From Phoronis australis (taxonomy: Eukaryota; Animalia; Phoronida): a stretch of DNA of 64,000 nt. The stretch is taken from assembly GCA_002633005.1 (NCBI GenBank), contig NMRA01000498.1:51772-115771 (forward strand), read 5' to 3'. The notes under the pieces are model-generated. The model was not told where the DNA came from, ran no database searches, and worked only from the letters and a program-made list of their open reading frames with translations. Numbering within the stretch: the stretch's first letter is position 1; every line of letters begins with the position of its first letter. Positions 12,364 to 25,186 of this stretch are shown here, in pieces. A program made the position numbers and the translations under genes.

Positions 12364-14428
12364 TCAGCTTTTGGCTTTCATTTCACTGGGTTCTAGTTTC
12401 AATGGCCTATAGAAGCGCTTGTAAAAAAGGTCCAGTTTCAACACGTGGCTTTCTTTCATGTAACCTCATTCAGCCTCAATAACATCCACAATTAGACCCT
12501 TGAAGGTAAACACAGCAGCATATCACTTGAATCGTTTTGAGCCCAAAATCAGACTCTGAACTAGACCAGAGTGTGACTAGGTCTTCTTTAGCTTCAGTCC
12601 CTCATGTTTCTTCCAGGAAAGGAAATAAGCTATTGTCCACACATGACTCATTGCCTATGAAAGGGCATCCTCACTAACAAGGCTTATTTGTGTAACAGTC
12701 AGATATAGTTCATCTGGATACACAGACACTCCACTGGCACATTGTCTTATGGTAACTTAGTACTGCGATTCACATTTCTCCAGGGCCACTGACTTGCACA
12801 TTGTGCCATGCAGCACTGCTGGTGTGTGGAAGTGCTGTGGGAAGAGAATGGAGTAACAAAGCTTGTCTATGATACACCTTGAAGTGGCCTTAAAATGTCA
12901 CTGAACCTGGAACAAATATTGAAATATGAATAATTAAGTACTCCAGATTGAATCAAAAATGTTATCCCTGTTTTTCAAAAATATATGGTGATTGGTCTAC
13001 AGTTTCACATAAAAATAAATAATTACTATTTTCAGAAACCAAGGGTGTATATAATGAGTATTGCATAAAACTGTGTCTTTATTTTTTATCCCTAGCCATA
13101 ACAATTCTTTAAATGCAACACTTGTCTGTAAGATATACAAGTTTTTTGAGACAACTTCAAACCTTTGTTACCCATTTTCAAGCCTATTTAATTTTGATAC
13201 TTTCAGCAATTTTAAACTCAGATTACAGGTTCATGGGTCTGTCAAGCATACTTCTAGCCTAAGGTTGAGGGAACTGTTTTTCTTCTAATAGAAGATATGA
13301 AGACTTGGGTCATTTAAAAATCATGGATAATCTTTCTGTTGTTTAAGAGTAATTACAAATCGTAAGGCACCATCAAAAATGCAATTTTCACAAAAATGGC
13401 AGTCATTTGAATTTATAACTACTTGCAACATTTCAAGGCATGAGTTAAGACTATTCAGTCACTGTGAATTCGGAAAATGTAATATATTTTCGTGGTTTTA
13501 CAATTGATACAAGCAGCAAAACAGTTTCATGAAATCAACTTGAAGGGACTTCGTGAAGGTTAAGAATTACCTCACCATGCTCTTTTCCCCAAACATGTAT
13601 TACCTGTTATTTCCACACATTCAGTTGTACCAAATATTACAACCCCCCCATGCCAATCCAACCTCGGGACCTGAATAGGTAATTTAACAAAAATGACTTT
13701 AAAATAGCTGTTCCTTTTCAAAGGCTTTGTTCGTTGTCTCCAATATTGAAAGTAGGCTTTGACAACAGATCTGCACTGGATGGGAAGATCTTGTTGGTTA
13801 GCTGCAGTCATATGCTAAAAAACAATTTTTGTCCATTCAGGGACGGTACAGAAGCGATGCATATCTCCTCTGCACGGTACAAGCCTTCAAACCTAAAAAC
13901 CAAAGGTTACCTGAAAACTGACGTGATAGATTTCCATTTCAACGTGTAACAGATTTCCAGAAGACATATGATAGGGAGTAAACAAATAGTCTAATGCAAT
14001 GGATATTTATCACTCACGTACCCTTTGCCATTGGGATTGGATTGTAATCTTAACTCATAAACCTGTATCGAGTTGACAGCATAAACATTCAGCATTGATT
14101 GATGTAACTGTCACTGATAAACTTTTAGAAATCATTCCAAACAATGATAATGCTTTGATGCACGAAAAGATCCCGATTGCTACGCCAAGTATCGAATCAC
14201 ATATCACAACATACAAAGATTAACCAGATTCTGGCTGGCGACTGACTGCCGCGAAGTCGACATCGGCGAGTGCCTCAGTTAACAGGCATCGGTAGAATAA
14301 TCATGGAATAATCGTTAAAATAATCACAAACCTTACCTTTGTATGAGGTCGTGCTTACTTCCTCTCATAGAAGCACCTTTTTACGCAATCTCAGATTCAG
14401 TTGGCACGGCTGCAAGCCATTTCACCAT
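12364..14428 (-). pseudogene. Decayed spliced SAP-domain...YqaJ (lambda-exonuclease-like) gene, transposon accessory ORF (ISL2EU-like)
   Basis: Exon 14337-14428 has ATG...LRKK(G)ASMRGSKHDLIQR|GTAAG (SAP-like). Last exon 12364-12906 reads RFSDI..KATSR..DKLC..FHTPAVLHG..VALEKCE...VFTFKG...KLDLFYKRF (YqaJ-like). Stops and frameshifts present. Confidence 0.6.
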
Positions 14429-14619
14429 GTATTTAAAGGGCTCGCGAAATCGAGGCTGTTAATCTATCACCACTAGTACACGCACGCCCTCTAGATATTG
14501 TAGATTTTCAGAATAGCCCCATTGCCTCTAGGACACACATAATGATCTGTTAAGTACTAAGATGATCGTCTTACAAGAACTAGCTGTCTTGTCAAATGCT
14601 GTCAAAAACTAATTAAAAA

Positions 14620-15250
14620 GCAGCCAAGACCGTGGTCAAACCAACATGAAATCGACTGCTGTAAGTTCATTCATCTCTGCCGCATATCTTTTTGCCAAAT
14701 TTCAACCAGTTGTGCCTAGTGGTTTTTGAAATAATCAACCTGTCTTGTAACAAACTGAAATGGCCAGAGGGTGCTACGGTAGCTAACTATGTCTGAATAT
14801 CAACCGGAGCCGGCACATTCCCACCATCTCTCTCTGTACCAAATGTCATCATGATCCGTTAAGCGGTTTCAAGATAATCAGCGGACAAGGAATGTCTTGA
14901 GCAGTCGAAAACTATTGGGTGCCACAGTTGTTGAATCCATCCAAAAATTGACTTGTGCCGGTGCAGTGTCACCGCATACCTCTGTAATGAATTTCATCGT
15001 GATCCATCAAGCAGTTTTTGAGATTATCGATCCTCAAGGAATGGTTTGTCTAAAACTAAAACGGCCAACATGGGGTACCACGGTAGCCAAATTCGTTCGA
15101 AAATCAACTGGTGCTGGCGTCTCCCCGCCAAGTACCTCTATACAAAATTTCATCATGATCCCCCAAGCGGTTGTTGAGAAAATTGACGGGAAAGAAATTA
15201 TAACGACAGGCACACTATGGACGGACGGATGGACAGGATGCCGACTACAT
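14620..15250 (-). repeat. Divergent HINE-like tandem units
   Basis: ~140-bp units (AAATTTCATCATGATCC...GCGGTT) ending in a GGAC microsatellite. Confidence 0.5.
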
Positions 15251-16631
15251 GTGACCAAAGAAGTTTTTTTGGGTGTAGAAAAATTCCATGTGATATCACA
15301 ACTCATGTCAGTTACTAGAAACTTGCTTTTCAAAGACACCTGTGAGCAATACTATAGGCAGCCACCAGGTGTCTAATTCATGAAGTGAACATTGGAACTT
15401 GTCTATCTGACTCCACATCCCTTTTATTAAAAATTCATCGAATTTTCTTTAGATGTGTTAAAGGAGAATGCCACCCAAAAAACAACCTATTTTGTATCAA
15501 TTTAGATCGAGCAGTTCTAGTCGATAACGGCACTTTCGGTTGCGTTATCTGACACCTGACAGCAGACGGAGGTGTTGAAATTATCCAATGACGTCATTGG
15601 TTTCACACGCAGTCTGTTCAGCAGTTCACAACACGGGTTACTGGAGTCAGCTTATTGTTTGAATTCGTCATCTAACACCAATAAATCATCAAACTTCGAT
15701 GCAAAACCCTTAAAAATACACCAAGTTCTTACAAAAACGTGTTGTTTTATTTCGCTGTTACGGATTTATTGGTATTTGGACACACCATAGCCTACATAGT
15801 TCGGCAGGCCAATTTACCGAGGTCCGTACCAGGAGTTTGGGGTCTGTTTGGAGATAAATTCGAAGTATTCTTACGAGAAATACAGACAGGAGAACCTAGA
15901 TCTGTGTTGTTTAGACACAAAACACTTGTTATCACGGCCAGTGGCTCGGAACCCGATCAGGCCCATCGCGGCCGGAGTGAAGACATCACGAACAAAAACG
16001 AGCCAAAGTTGGAAACTGAACTTGTAGTCAAGAAAATACTATACTAGTGAGCCAAAGAAGTAATGTGCACGTGATTATGTTGGTGAATTAGCCACGAAAC
16101 TTACTCATTGGGGGCCGCGAATTTAGGTTCCCCTTTAGCCACAGAACAGTCAAGGCAGAAGTTGTACATTGACAATCATTATTTGAATAATGTATATGCA
16201 AATAAAGATTCCCCTAACACCTGGCTGTGGGACAGAAATTGGAGTTATTGTTTCGGAACAGTTTCTGTCGGCCAACACTGAATTAGCATGTGCTCACACG
16301 GCCTCGGAGTCCGGTCAATTAGTTTTATTACACCTAAAGCCGGTAACGCAGTGATTAATATTCATTGCTGGCTTCTCAAATCATTTGCATTCATGAACAC
16401 TCCAAAGGCATTACAAATTGCATCTAATGAGACGGACTTTGTATCAGTTTTATATAAGTATTGGTTAGAGTGGGATTAATTCATTTTGAAACAGAACGTT
16501 CAGTAATAAACGTCAACTTGGCAACTCTCAATCCCCACTTAGACGAGAGCTCATCCGACGAAGACTTCGCAGGTGGATCATTCAGTTTCACAGGCTATCA
16601 GTTCGAACCGGAACGCAGTGACGAAGAAATA

Positions 16632-16913
16632 CTAAGAGGAGACGTGAACAAGCTCAGGCCACGGAACGTATGGATAGTTATTTGTTAAGGCGGAATTCGT
16701 CAGACTCACTGTCGATGGCTGCAGGCCACAGACACGGAGACGTTTCACGGCCTCATACTTGCTATTTACTGCGTACTTTTTATTCTTCACTACCACAAGC
16801 CACTTCCTAAGCATTTCAGACTCTGGAGGAAGTCGAAAAAACGATATGCCCGCTTTCCTCGCAGCTGTATAGTTCGGACAAGCGGGAACCAATGCACCGC
16901 AACATAGCGGCAT
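16632..16913 (-). CDS. THAP zinc-finger remnant (transposon-derived)
   Basis: MPLCCGALVPACPN...GISFFRLP...RKWL...LRVC: C-x-C, FFxxP, W, VC pattern; terminal HF lost. Confidence 0.7.
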   Translation of the reverse strand: MPLCCGALVPACPNYTAARKAGISFFRLPPESEMLRKWLVVVKNKKYAVNSKYEAVKRLRVCGLQPSTVSLTNSALTNNYPYVPWPELVHVSS

Positions 16914-17092
16914 TCACTCTGCAAATGAACCACTGACATCGCTGCGTCGTTTCCCACCTTCCTCATAGGTTAATGCAACACCTCTCGGCTGAAGGTAAGG
17001 TCGACCGTATGGGAGGCGATGTGGATATAGACCAATTAAACTGGTAAAAATGACTAATTAAAGTGTACCAAGTTAAAACTGCTCTCCACATT

Positions 17093-18523
17093 CACGGGTG
17101 AGAAACAACATGACCGCCAGTCCTCTTAAATCGGACCGACTCACTCAAAACAGGACCTCCGAGGATCAAATGGGACCGTCGCACCAGAAAATGGGACTTA
17201 CGCACCTAGAAACATGACCGCCCCACCAGAAAACAGGACCGCCGGGGACTGAACATTACCGCCGGGGATTGAAACCGCAATGACAAGCAAGCTAAGATTT
17301 ATTATCGGTAGGCCTACACAGATCATACAATGGAGCTATATACGTATGCATATGCAGGTCTTGTGCCGATTACTCCAACGAAATCTTTTGTGTGCTACAG
17401 GACACTTCGCTTTGTAACACGTGGCGCTTATGAGTTTTAACCACAAACCAACCATGTTGCACGCTTTTGAGCTAAATAATTATAACTTTATCCACTGCAT
17501 ATTAAGTTTTAGAACAAAATGAAAATTGTTTTCTCCAATGTGACGTTTTAGTCAAGAAAAAAACTTAAAACGAGCGTTCTCATTCTCGAGTGAAGCATCA
17601 TAACTAGCCCTTGTGCGGCAAAGCAGTATACTAAATATACAGCTTGGCGCCGATGTGGGTAAAACACTGCACATATAAAATCTTCACCGAATTAGTCTTA
17701 TTAACGACAACTCTTCCTAGAGTAAATTAAATTATTTATCGGCGCTCGCTGAAAAAAATTTGTCGTTATTCTGCTTGAGATGTGTTCTTTTAGGTCGGCT
17801 AACATTGACCAGTTCCTTTTTTCACCGATTCTTCAGTCAGCTCTTCTTCTCTTCTATGAGGTTGCGTACATGTCACAACAAATAATCGGAATTAACTGGT
17901 TTCATTTCGTCATAAGCTTTTAGTATTTTAATACTAGCAAACCGAATTTCAGAACAAATCGGTGCTGCTGCTTAGTTGAGTCATCATCTTCCGAAAGATG
18001 TCGCAAAATTTTAGGAAATGGAGCGTGCTCATGTCACGAGTGTGACAAACAAATGGTGTTCATTAGATTGTTTTTCACTCAAGCGGCTGCAACCTGCAAG
18101 GTGAGTGTTGATTGACTCCTAGATTTTGCATGCGCCTGCTCCGCTCGCTAGCTCTACATGTTGATATAAGTTTCACATGACGAGAGTGACGAGCAGAACT
18201 ATACCCGAGCTGTGGGTAATTTCGGGGACTGTAAAGGAGGTCAATAACGCAGTGCTACCAAGTTTTATTTTGGCGAGTCTTTTCACAGCTAGCTGACAGG
18301 TTACGTCATAACCTGCAGTATCATACAAAGGCCTTGATAACTACATTTTGTCCGGCGGTCATGTTCAGTCCCCGGCGGTCCTGTTTTGTGGTGGGGCGGT
18401 CATGTTTTTAGGTGCGTCAGTCCCATTTTCTGGTGCGGCGGTCCCGTTTGATTCCCGGAGGTCCTGTTTTGGGTGAGTCAGTCCGATTTAGAGTACTGGC
18501 AGTCATATTGTTTCTCACCCGTG
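17093..18523. mobile_element. MITE with ~170-bp TIRs starting CAC (Transib/CMC-like ends)
   Basis: CACGGGTGAGAAACAA...TTGTTTCTCACCCGTG; internal GGACCGCC repeats; flanks ACATT/ACAAT. Confidence 0.88.
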
Positions 18524-18957
18524 ACAATTGAAGGCTTTAAGTGAATGCAAATGTCAGAGAAAACCAACATGAGTAATAACAACCATCATTTGTGACAGTA
18601 GTGCTAGCTATTACCTTTCCACTTCATTAGGTCAGATCTACATCAATACAAAGGGCGTGCTGAATAGAGATCATAAAAGTTGTCTGGGGTTTAGGGAATC
18701 AGAGTGGTGACCAGTGTAAGCCAGAAATTCTCCATGTTGTTTTTGGAAATTTTTGTTTATCTCCCAGGTGAAGTTTTGGTGAGTTTTGAAGTTTTTTCAG
18801 AGGGTATTTAGGATGAAAACACCCGCCTGTCAACCTTTAAAGGACAAAAAAACCACCCACTTTAAAGGATTTACTTCTTTCAAGAAGGACCATCCATAAT
18901 TTAAATTTCCTTCAGATGACAACCACACATAAATTTTTATTTCAACTGCCGTCCCCC

Positions 18958-19768
18958 TGTCACGTTTTTCCCCGTGTGTGGGTGGGCGCAGGTTGTTACA
19001 GACCGGTGCTAATAGCTTTCGGTGCGAAGATTGACTGAAGACTGGTTCGAGTTAATCCTTTATTAATCCCGACCGTACGTTCACAAGCCTACTCAAACAA
19101 AACGTCCGACGTAATGTCTGTTTATGCTCCAGCCAGTGCTGCGAAGCCTTGACTTGTATTGAACTTCTGAGATACTTCCAGCAACTGTTACACTCAATTC
19201 AATATCCTGCTGTCTCTATAGCTGGCTCTCTATTGACTATCGCTGTAACTGCTGATTCTCTTCACTTCAACTCAACTGTAGTTCTCCTTACTTGAACTTA
19301 CTTGATCTCACTTGATCTCCCGACTTGATCTTCTTAGACTCAACTCACTTAATCTCCTTGGACTCAAGTGACTTAATCTCCTTGGACTCAAGTGACTAAC
19401 ACAAACCCGTGCTTCTGTATTTATAGCCTAATGCATTGTTCTAGAACTTTTCATCAATTCAAGCACATACCAGAACTTTCTGGAACCTACCCAATCTTTC
19501 TACAAACATGTACTAGTCTCTAGAATATTCCAGACTTCATCAATCTATGATCACTGTCATGCTACAGTCTTCTAAAAAGTTCCACACTATACTGTAGTAA
19601 ACAAATTACATCATCACTGTTCTGACCTCAGTCTTCTAGAAAGTTCCATACTATTTTGTAGTAAACAAATTACATCATCATTGTACTTAACTCAGGGGTC
19701 ATGCCAATCAAACAGAATAACAAAACAAAACAATACAACTAATAATACTGTCAGACTATATTCTGACA
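18958..19768 (-). mobile_element. Solo LTR (811 bp)
   Basis: TGTCA...TGACA ends flanked by CCCCC on both sides; minus-strand TATA (CTATAAATA ~19418-19426) and AATAAA (~19059-19064); internal short tandem repeats. Confidence 0.8.
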
Positions 19769-19882
19769 CCCCCTTTCCATACGGATTTTTCTGGAACAGC
19801 ACTTAGGAAATGTCATTTTTTTCAAAATCTGAAGCAGGTAGATTTTAATCTACAGACAATGACTAGGCAGAACGCCTCCTAC

Positions 19883-20174
19883 CTGATGTTGGTTGGCAGT
19901 CAGCTACGTTCAGGACAGCTTTCAATAAGTCCGCTGCCGTCTTGCTGTCACTCTGTGCCTCATCCTCATGCAGCATACCTCATCATTAATGTTCTAAATT
20001 GTCCACATCCATGTTCAGGTTCAGCACGTGTTACAGGTTGTCACCCAACAGGTGCGTGGTCTCCACCACATGCCCCTATGAGAGCTGGTTCTCAAGCTGC
20101 TTGCTTAACTCATCTCTCAGCGAGGTCACCAAACGGCAGGTCAGTTGGAAGTATGTCCTTGAGGTTGCTCTCGA
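19883..20174 (-). pseudogene. KMT2C: KMT2C/D-like pseudo-exon
   Basis: TTGTTCCAG acceptor and GTAGG donor; DSKTAADLLKAVLN resembles KMT2C GGKDVEDLFTAVLS; several stops. Confidence 0.55.
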
Positions 20175-20230
20175 CTGGAACAAGCATTGAAAATTGAACA
20201 TGAATAAATACGAGAGTTCATGAAAAGCAG

Positions 20231-22065
20231 AACAAGAGCATTGCGGAGCGTTGAAATGGCCCACGAATGCACCGCAAACGAGGTACTTCTCAGGTTGTAT
20301 TTTTCTGTATCATAAAAATTGCCACTAGATGGGGCAAAAATGTCTAGCCTATCCGAAAGCAGGAACATGCCATAACTTCTTTAATAGAAAGCTATTTACC
20401 AAATTTAATAACAAGAGCAACGCGGAGCGTTGAAATGCGCCCATGAATGGATTACAAATGGTGTGCTTTTAGGGTTATTTATTGGTATCATAAAAATGGC
20501 CTTGATGGCGCAAAAACATACAATCCATCCAAAAACAGGAAAATGCCATATTTCATAAAAATCTGTAAAGGAACTTCAGAGAAACAAAGGAAAACAGAAT
20601 AAAATGAAATTGCCACTAGTGGGCACAGTGTCCGTTGGATCCGCTTGAAAGTCGTTGTCATCTGTTGTTATCTTCGTGTAAATACACTAACTAAATTTAG
20701 TAAAGATCCTGCAGTGGGTTTAGGAGATACAACCATGGGCGCAAAACAAAACTACCACTAGGAGGAGCAACAGTAGTCAGTCACCATCATCAATGGTCGT
20801 CTTCACACTGAGAACATATATGCCAATTTTCAAATGATTTGGTTGATACAGGGGTGGACACCAAAAACAAGATTTGAAAATGGCAAAAATGGCCACTATG
20901 TGGTGCAAAATACCTCGGTTCCATCAAAAAACAGGAAGACAGAGTCATCACACCAATAGATGCCTATATTTAAAATTTTATGAAAATCTGTTGAAGACCT
21001 TTGAAGATACAGAGTTAAACACAAAAAACTAAAATTGCCACTAGGGGGCACAGCAGTAGTCAGATCTGTCCAAAAGTAGTCATCATCCGTAGTCAACATC
21101 ATATAAATACACTTGCTAAATTAAGTAACGGTTTAGGAGATACAGCCATAGGTGCAACAAAAACAAAACTGCCACTAGGAGGTGCCACAGTAGTCAAAAT
21201 CATCTGAAAATCATCGTCAACCGTCCTCTTTATAGTAAGCACATACCTGCCAATTTTCACAAGCATCCTTTAAGCGGTTTGGTTGATAGAGTGGTGGACG
21301 CAATAAAACTCGAAAACAGTAAAAATGGCCACTAGGTGGCGCAAACTATGTCAAATCCGTCCGAAAACGGGAGGATAGCGTCATCTCACTCATAGGTGCC
21401 TACATACCAAATTTCATAAAAATCCGTTCAGGACGTTTGAAGATTCAAAGGTAAGCGTAAAAACTAAAATTGCCACTAGGGGGCACACCGGTAGTCGGAT
21501 CCGTTCGAAAGTTCGCTCATGTTGTCCCATTCATGAATGGAACATTTCATGAACGTATGTCAAAGGGTTTTGGAGATAAAGCAGCGGATGCCGGACGCCA
21601 GACGGATGCCGCCCGGAAGGACGGACGGAGATCACGGCATAATGCGCCCACATATAAATACGTGGGTGCATAAAAATCTGTCAAGGAACTTCAAAGAAAA
21701 AAATGGAAAAAAATTCCACTATGGGGCACAGTATTCATTAGATTCGACTAAAAGTCGTCTGTTGTTAGCTTCATATAAATACATTTTACTAAATTTAACA
21801 AAGATCATGCAATGGGTTTAGGAGATTCAGCTATGGGCGCAAACAAAACTACCGCTAGGAGGTGCCAGAGTAGTCAAAGTCGTCATAGTCAACCGTACTC
21901 TTTACACTGAGAACATATACGCCAATTTTCAAAATCATCCTTAGAATGGTTAGGTTGATAGAGGGTGGACTCAAAAATAGCAAAAACAGCCACTAAGTGG
22001 TGCAAAATACATGGATTCCATCAGAAAATGGGAGGATAGCATCATCTCACTAATAGAAGCCTATT
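20231..22065 (-). mobile_element. Older HINE copy carrying a nested complete HINE (20410-21676)
   Basis: Inner copy on minus strand: TTTTTATGCACCC..GGGCGCAT IR, GTCC microsatellite, internal array, GGGCGCAT subTIR, CAACGC-TCC-GCGTTG hairpin, CTTGTT. Outer copy resumes at 21677. Confidence 0.85.
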
Positions 22066-22069
22066 TTTC

Positions 22070-22835
22070 TAGACAGTTATTATGATGATGAAGGGAGAGC
22101 CTCCACGGCTAGCCAAATTTTGGGAACGGCCAATCAGAGATCAGGAGAATCTATTAGGGAATGGGCTATGAGAGTGATGACCTTGTCGAAGCAAGCGTTT
22201 GTGGAATTTGGCTCGGAAGAATTAATACACCGGGAAGCGATTACGCAGTTTTGTGTAGGGGCATTGGACGCAGAGGCAGGGGAATTTGTTCTCTTAAAGA
22301 AACCTTGTTTATTGGAAGATGCGAAATCTATGATGGAAGAGAAACGTTGAACCCGAGATTGAGTGGGACAGAGGCCTGGTCGGGGAGCTAACGTACACTC
22401 GGCTTACTTAATGAAAGAAAATCTAACTATAAGGGGGAGGATAATTCCTATCGATAAGCTTCAGTAACAGCCTAGACGGAGGCCAAATCGAAGAAGACGG
22501 AAGGAATGTTAGCACAGTTACTAAAGGTGGTAACTGAACAGACTCAGGTAATCCAGAAACTGGTGTTGAAGTCTCCATGGTTTTTCAGAAGAGATAAATC
22601 TTCAGTCCAGAATGATCAGAACCAAAATAGATGGGATTCTAAGAAAACCCAATCTGACACTTATCAAGCTGAGAATAAGCCCAAACCAAATGAAGTCTAT
22701 CGGAAGGATGGTACTTCGAGAGAACGTAAGAAATGTTATAGGTGTCAGCAAGAGGGTCATTTTGCACAAAACTGTCCTGATTGGGTTAAGAGGGACCACT
22801 GCAAATACGCTCTCTTTAACTGTCCCAAAAACTGA
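22070..22835 (+). pseudogene. Gypsy-type gag fragment with CCHC knuckle
   Basis: QRSGESIREWA..., QFCVG, CYRCQQEGHFAQNC. Confidence 0.75.
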
Positions 22836-22879
22836 ATGCATTCTATTCCACTTTAGGTAGAATAGAATAAAAAATAACT

Positions 22880-23395
22880 CAATCCCCACTATTAAAATAA
22901 ATAACATATCTCTAACTTACAACACTACTAATTTCAAGGAATATGCATTGCCGATACCCTGTTATGGAATGCACACATATCGGAAACTGCAAACAAAATT
23001 TCTAAAGTAAACTGTGTATTATGTAAACTCAAACATTTTTCTACCACTCAGATCTTACAATTAACAAATAACTCCCTCATTCTATGCCGACTCACATATG
23101 GAATATATATCTGGGCATTTGGAGATTGCACAAGGTTGAAAATGTTACAAAAAGGTAAACGAAATGACAACAAACCTTCTTAGCCACACTCACACAATTT
23201 ATAAAACTCAACAAATACTACTTTTTGAAGATAAATTTATGATATGTTGCACAAAGTTTTACTATAAATATATAAACAAAGTGCTCCCTAGATAATTTCA
23301 CATCATTAGCTAAGAGGTGGCACTGTAGTAATTGATATCCAGAAAGCAATTTTAGCCATTCTCTGAGCGGTTTGAAAAATACAGAAACAGAAATC
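22880..23395 (+). mobile_element. CR1/L2-type LINE RT 3' fragment
   Basis: WNAHI..ANKISK...LTYGIYIWA...LKMLQK; related copy at 54700-55110. Confidence 0.6.
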
Positions 23396-25184
23396 AACAA
23401 CAGCAATGCGGAGTGTTGAAATGCATCCAGGAATGCACCGCTAACGGTGTGCTTCTAGAGTTGTTTATTTGTATCATAAAAATGGCCACTAGATGGTGCA
23501 AAATATGTCAAATCCCCCTTAACATGAGAAAATGTCATTGTTTCTTAAATGGAAAGCAATTTCCAAATTTTGTGAAACCCTATCAAGAACTTGAGAAGAA
23601 GAGAGGAAAATGGAAAAAAATATTACTGCCGCCAGGGGGCACAGCATTCATCAGATCCGAATGAAATTCGTGTCTTCAGTTGTCAACTTCATATAATACA
23701 CTTGCTAACTTTAATAAAGATCCTACAGTGACTTTAAGAGTAATACAGTTATGGGCACAAAAAACAAAACTGCCGGTAGAAGGCACTGCATTAGTCAAAG
23801 CAGACGAATAACCATCCCCAACAGTCCTCAGATATACCAATTTTCAAAATCATCCTAGGAGCAGTTTGGTTGATATGGGCAGACGCCAAAAGAACAGACT
23901 CAAAAACAGTAACAACAGCAATGAAATGCATCCACGAATGCACTGCAAAACGGTATGCTTCTAGGGTGTTTATTTGTATCATAAAAATGGACAGTAGATG
24001 GCACAAAATACATCAAATCCATCCCAAAACCGGAAAATGTCATTTTTAATAGAAAGCTTTTTATTACATATCATAAAAATACATAAAGGAACTTCAGAGA
24101 AACAAAGGAAAACAGAACAAAATGAAAGTGCCACTAGGGGGCAAAGTGTTTGTTGGATCAATCTAAAAGTTGTTATCTGTTGTCAACTTCACATGAAGAC
24201 TTGCTAAATTCATCATCAACCGTCCTTTTGACACTAAGAACCTAAATGCCAATTTTCACAGTCATCTGCAGAATAGTTTGGTTGATAGAGAGGCAGACGC
24301 AAAAGATGAAAACAGCACAAATGGCCATTAGGTGGCACAAAATACTTCGAATCAAAACGGAAAGTAGGAGGCTAACGTAATCTAATCGATAGGTACCTAT
24401 ATTCAAAATTTTATGAAAATCCGTTGAGGGCCTTTGAGGATACAGACTGAGGTAAAAGTAAAAAACTAAAATTGCCACTCAGGGGAACACCAATAGTCAG
24501 ATCCATCCAAAAGTCATAATTATCCATTGCCAACTTATTACAAGAGTAATGCAATACACCCACGATAGCACCACAAAGGGTGTGCTTCCAGAGGTGTTTA
24601 TTAGTACCATAAAAATGGCTTTTAGACGGCACCATTTAACTCATCCCAAGATGGGAAGGTGTCGTAGCCTCTAAAAGCTACTTGACAACTTACATGAAAA
24701 TCTGTCTGAAAACTCCAAAGATACAAAGGCGAACGCAAAAAATAAATTGCCATTAGGAACCACAGCGGTACTCAAAATCTGCCAAGGGGTTTCAAAGATA
24801 CAGAGGACAGCAAAAAATAATAAAATTGCCAATAGGGGGCATAGTGGTAGTCAGCTCAATCCAAATATCGTCATTGTCCATGGTCAATTTCATATAAATA
24901 CGCTTGCCAATTTATTAAAGAGAACAGGCACTAAGAGACACCACAGTAGTCAGAGGCGTCTGAAAATCATCAGCTGTCCTCTTTACAGTACAAAATTGAG
25001 CGGCAATTTTCTAAATCATCCTTAAAGTGGTTTGATTGAAAGAGGGATGGACTCCAAACAGACTAGAAAACAATGGCCACTAGATTGTGCAAAATACATC
25101 GAATACATCTGAAAACAGGAACACATCATCGTTCCTTATAGAGAAGGCAATTTACCAAATTTCATAAAAACCTATAAAGGAACT
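23396..25184 (-). repeat. Cluster of nested/fragmented HINE copies
   Basis: Repeated AACAA(C/G)AG starts (23396, ~23911, ~24540) and CCACTAG units. Confidence 0.75.
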
Positions 25185-25186
25185 TA

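Larger units (their letters stand above)
15462..18836. mobile_element. Kolobok-like non-autonomous element (right end tentative)
   Basis: TTAA|AGGAGAATGCCACCC left end shared with 56740-57359; internal THAP ORF; CCT|TTAA at 18834-18840, but TIR match is poor. Confidence 0.45.

Noticed and set aside
20896-25025. Many short hydrophobic ORFs with recurring PPSG/LPLGG peptides (also 1403-1823, 35390-36094, 43386-43697)
   Set aside because: Translations of the HINE tandem units on both strands; reading frames are not conserved.
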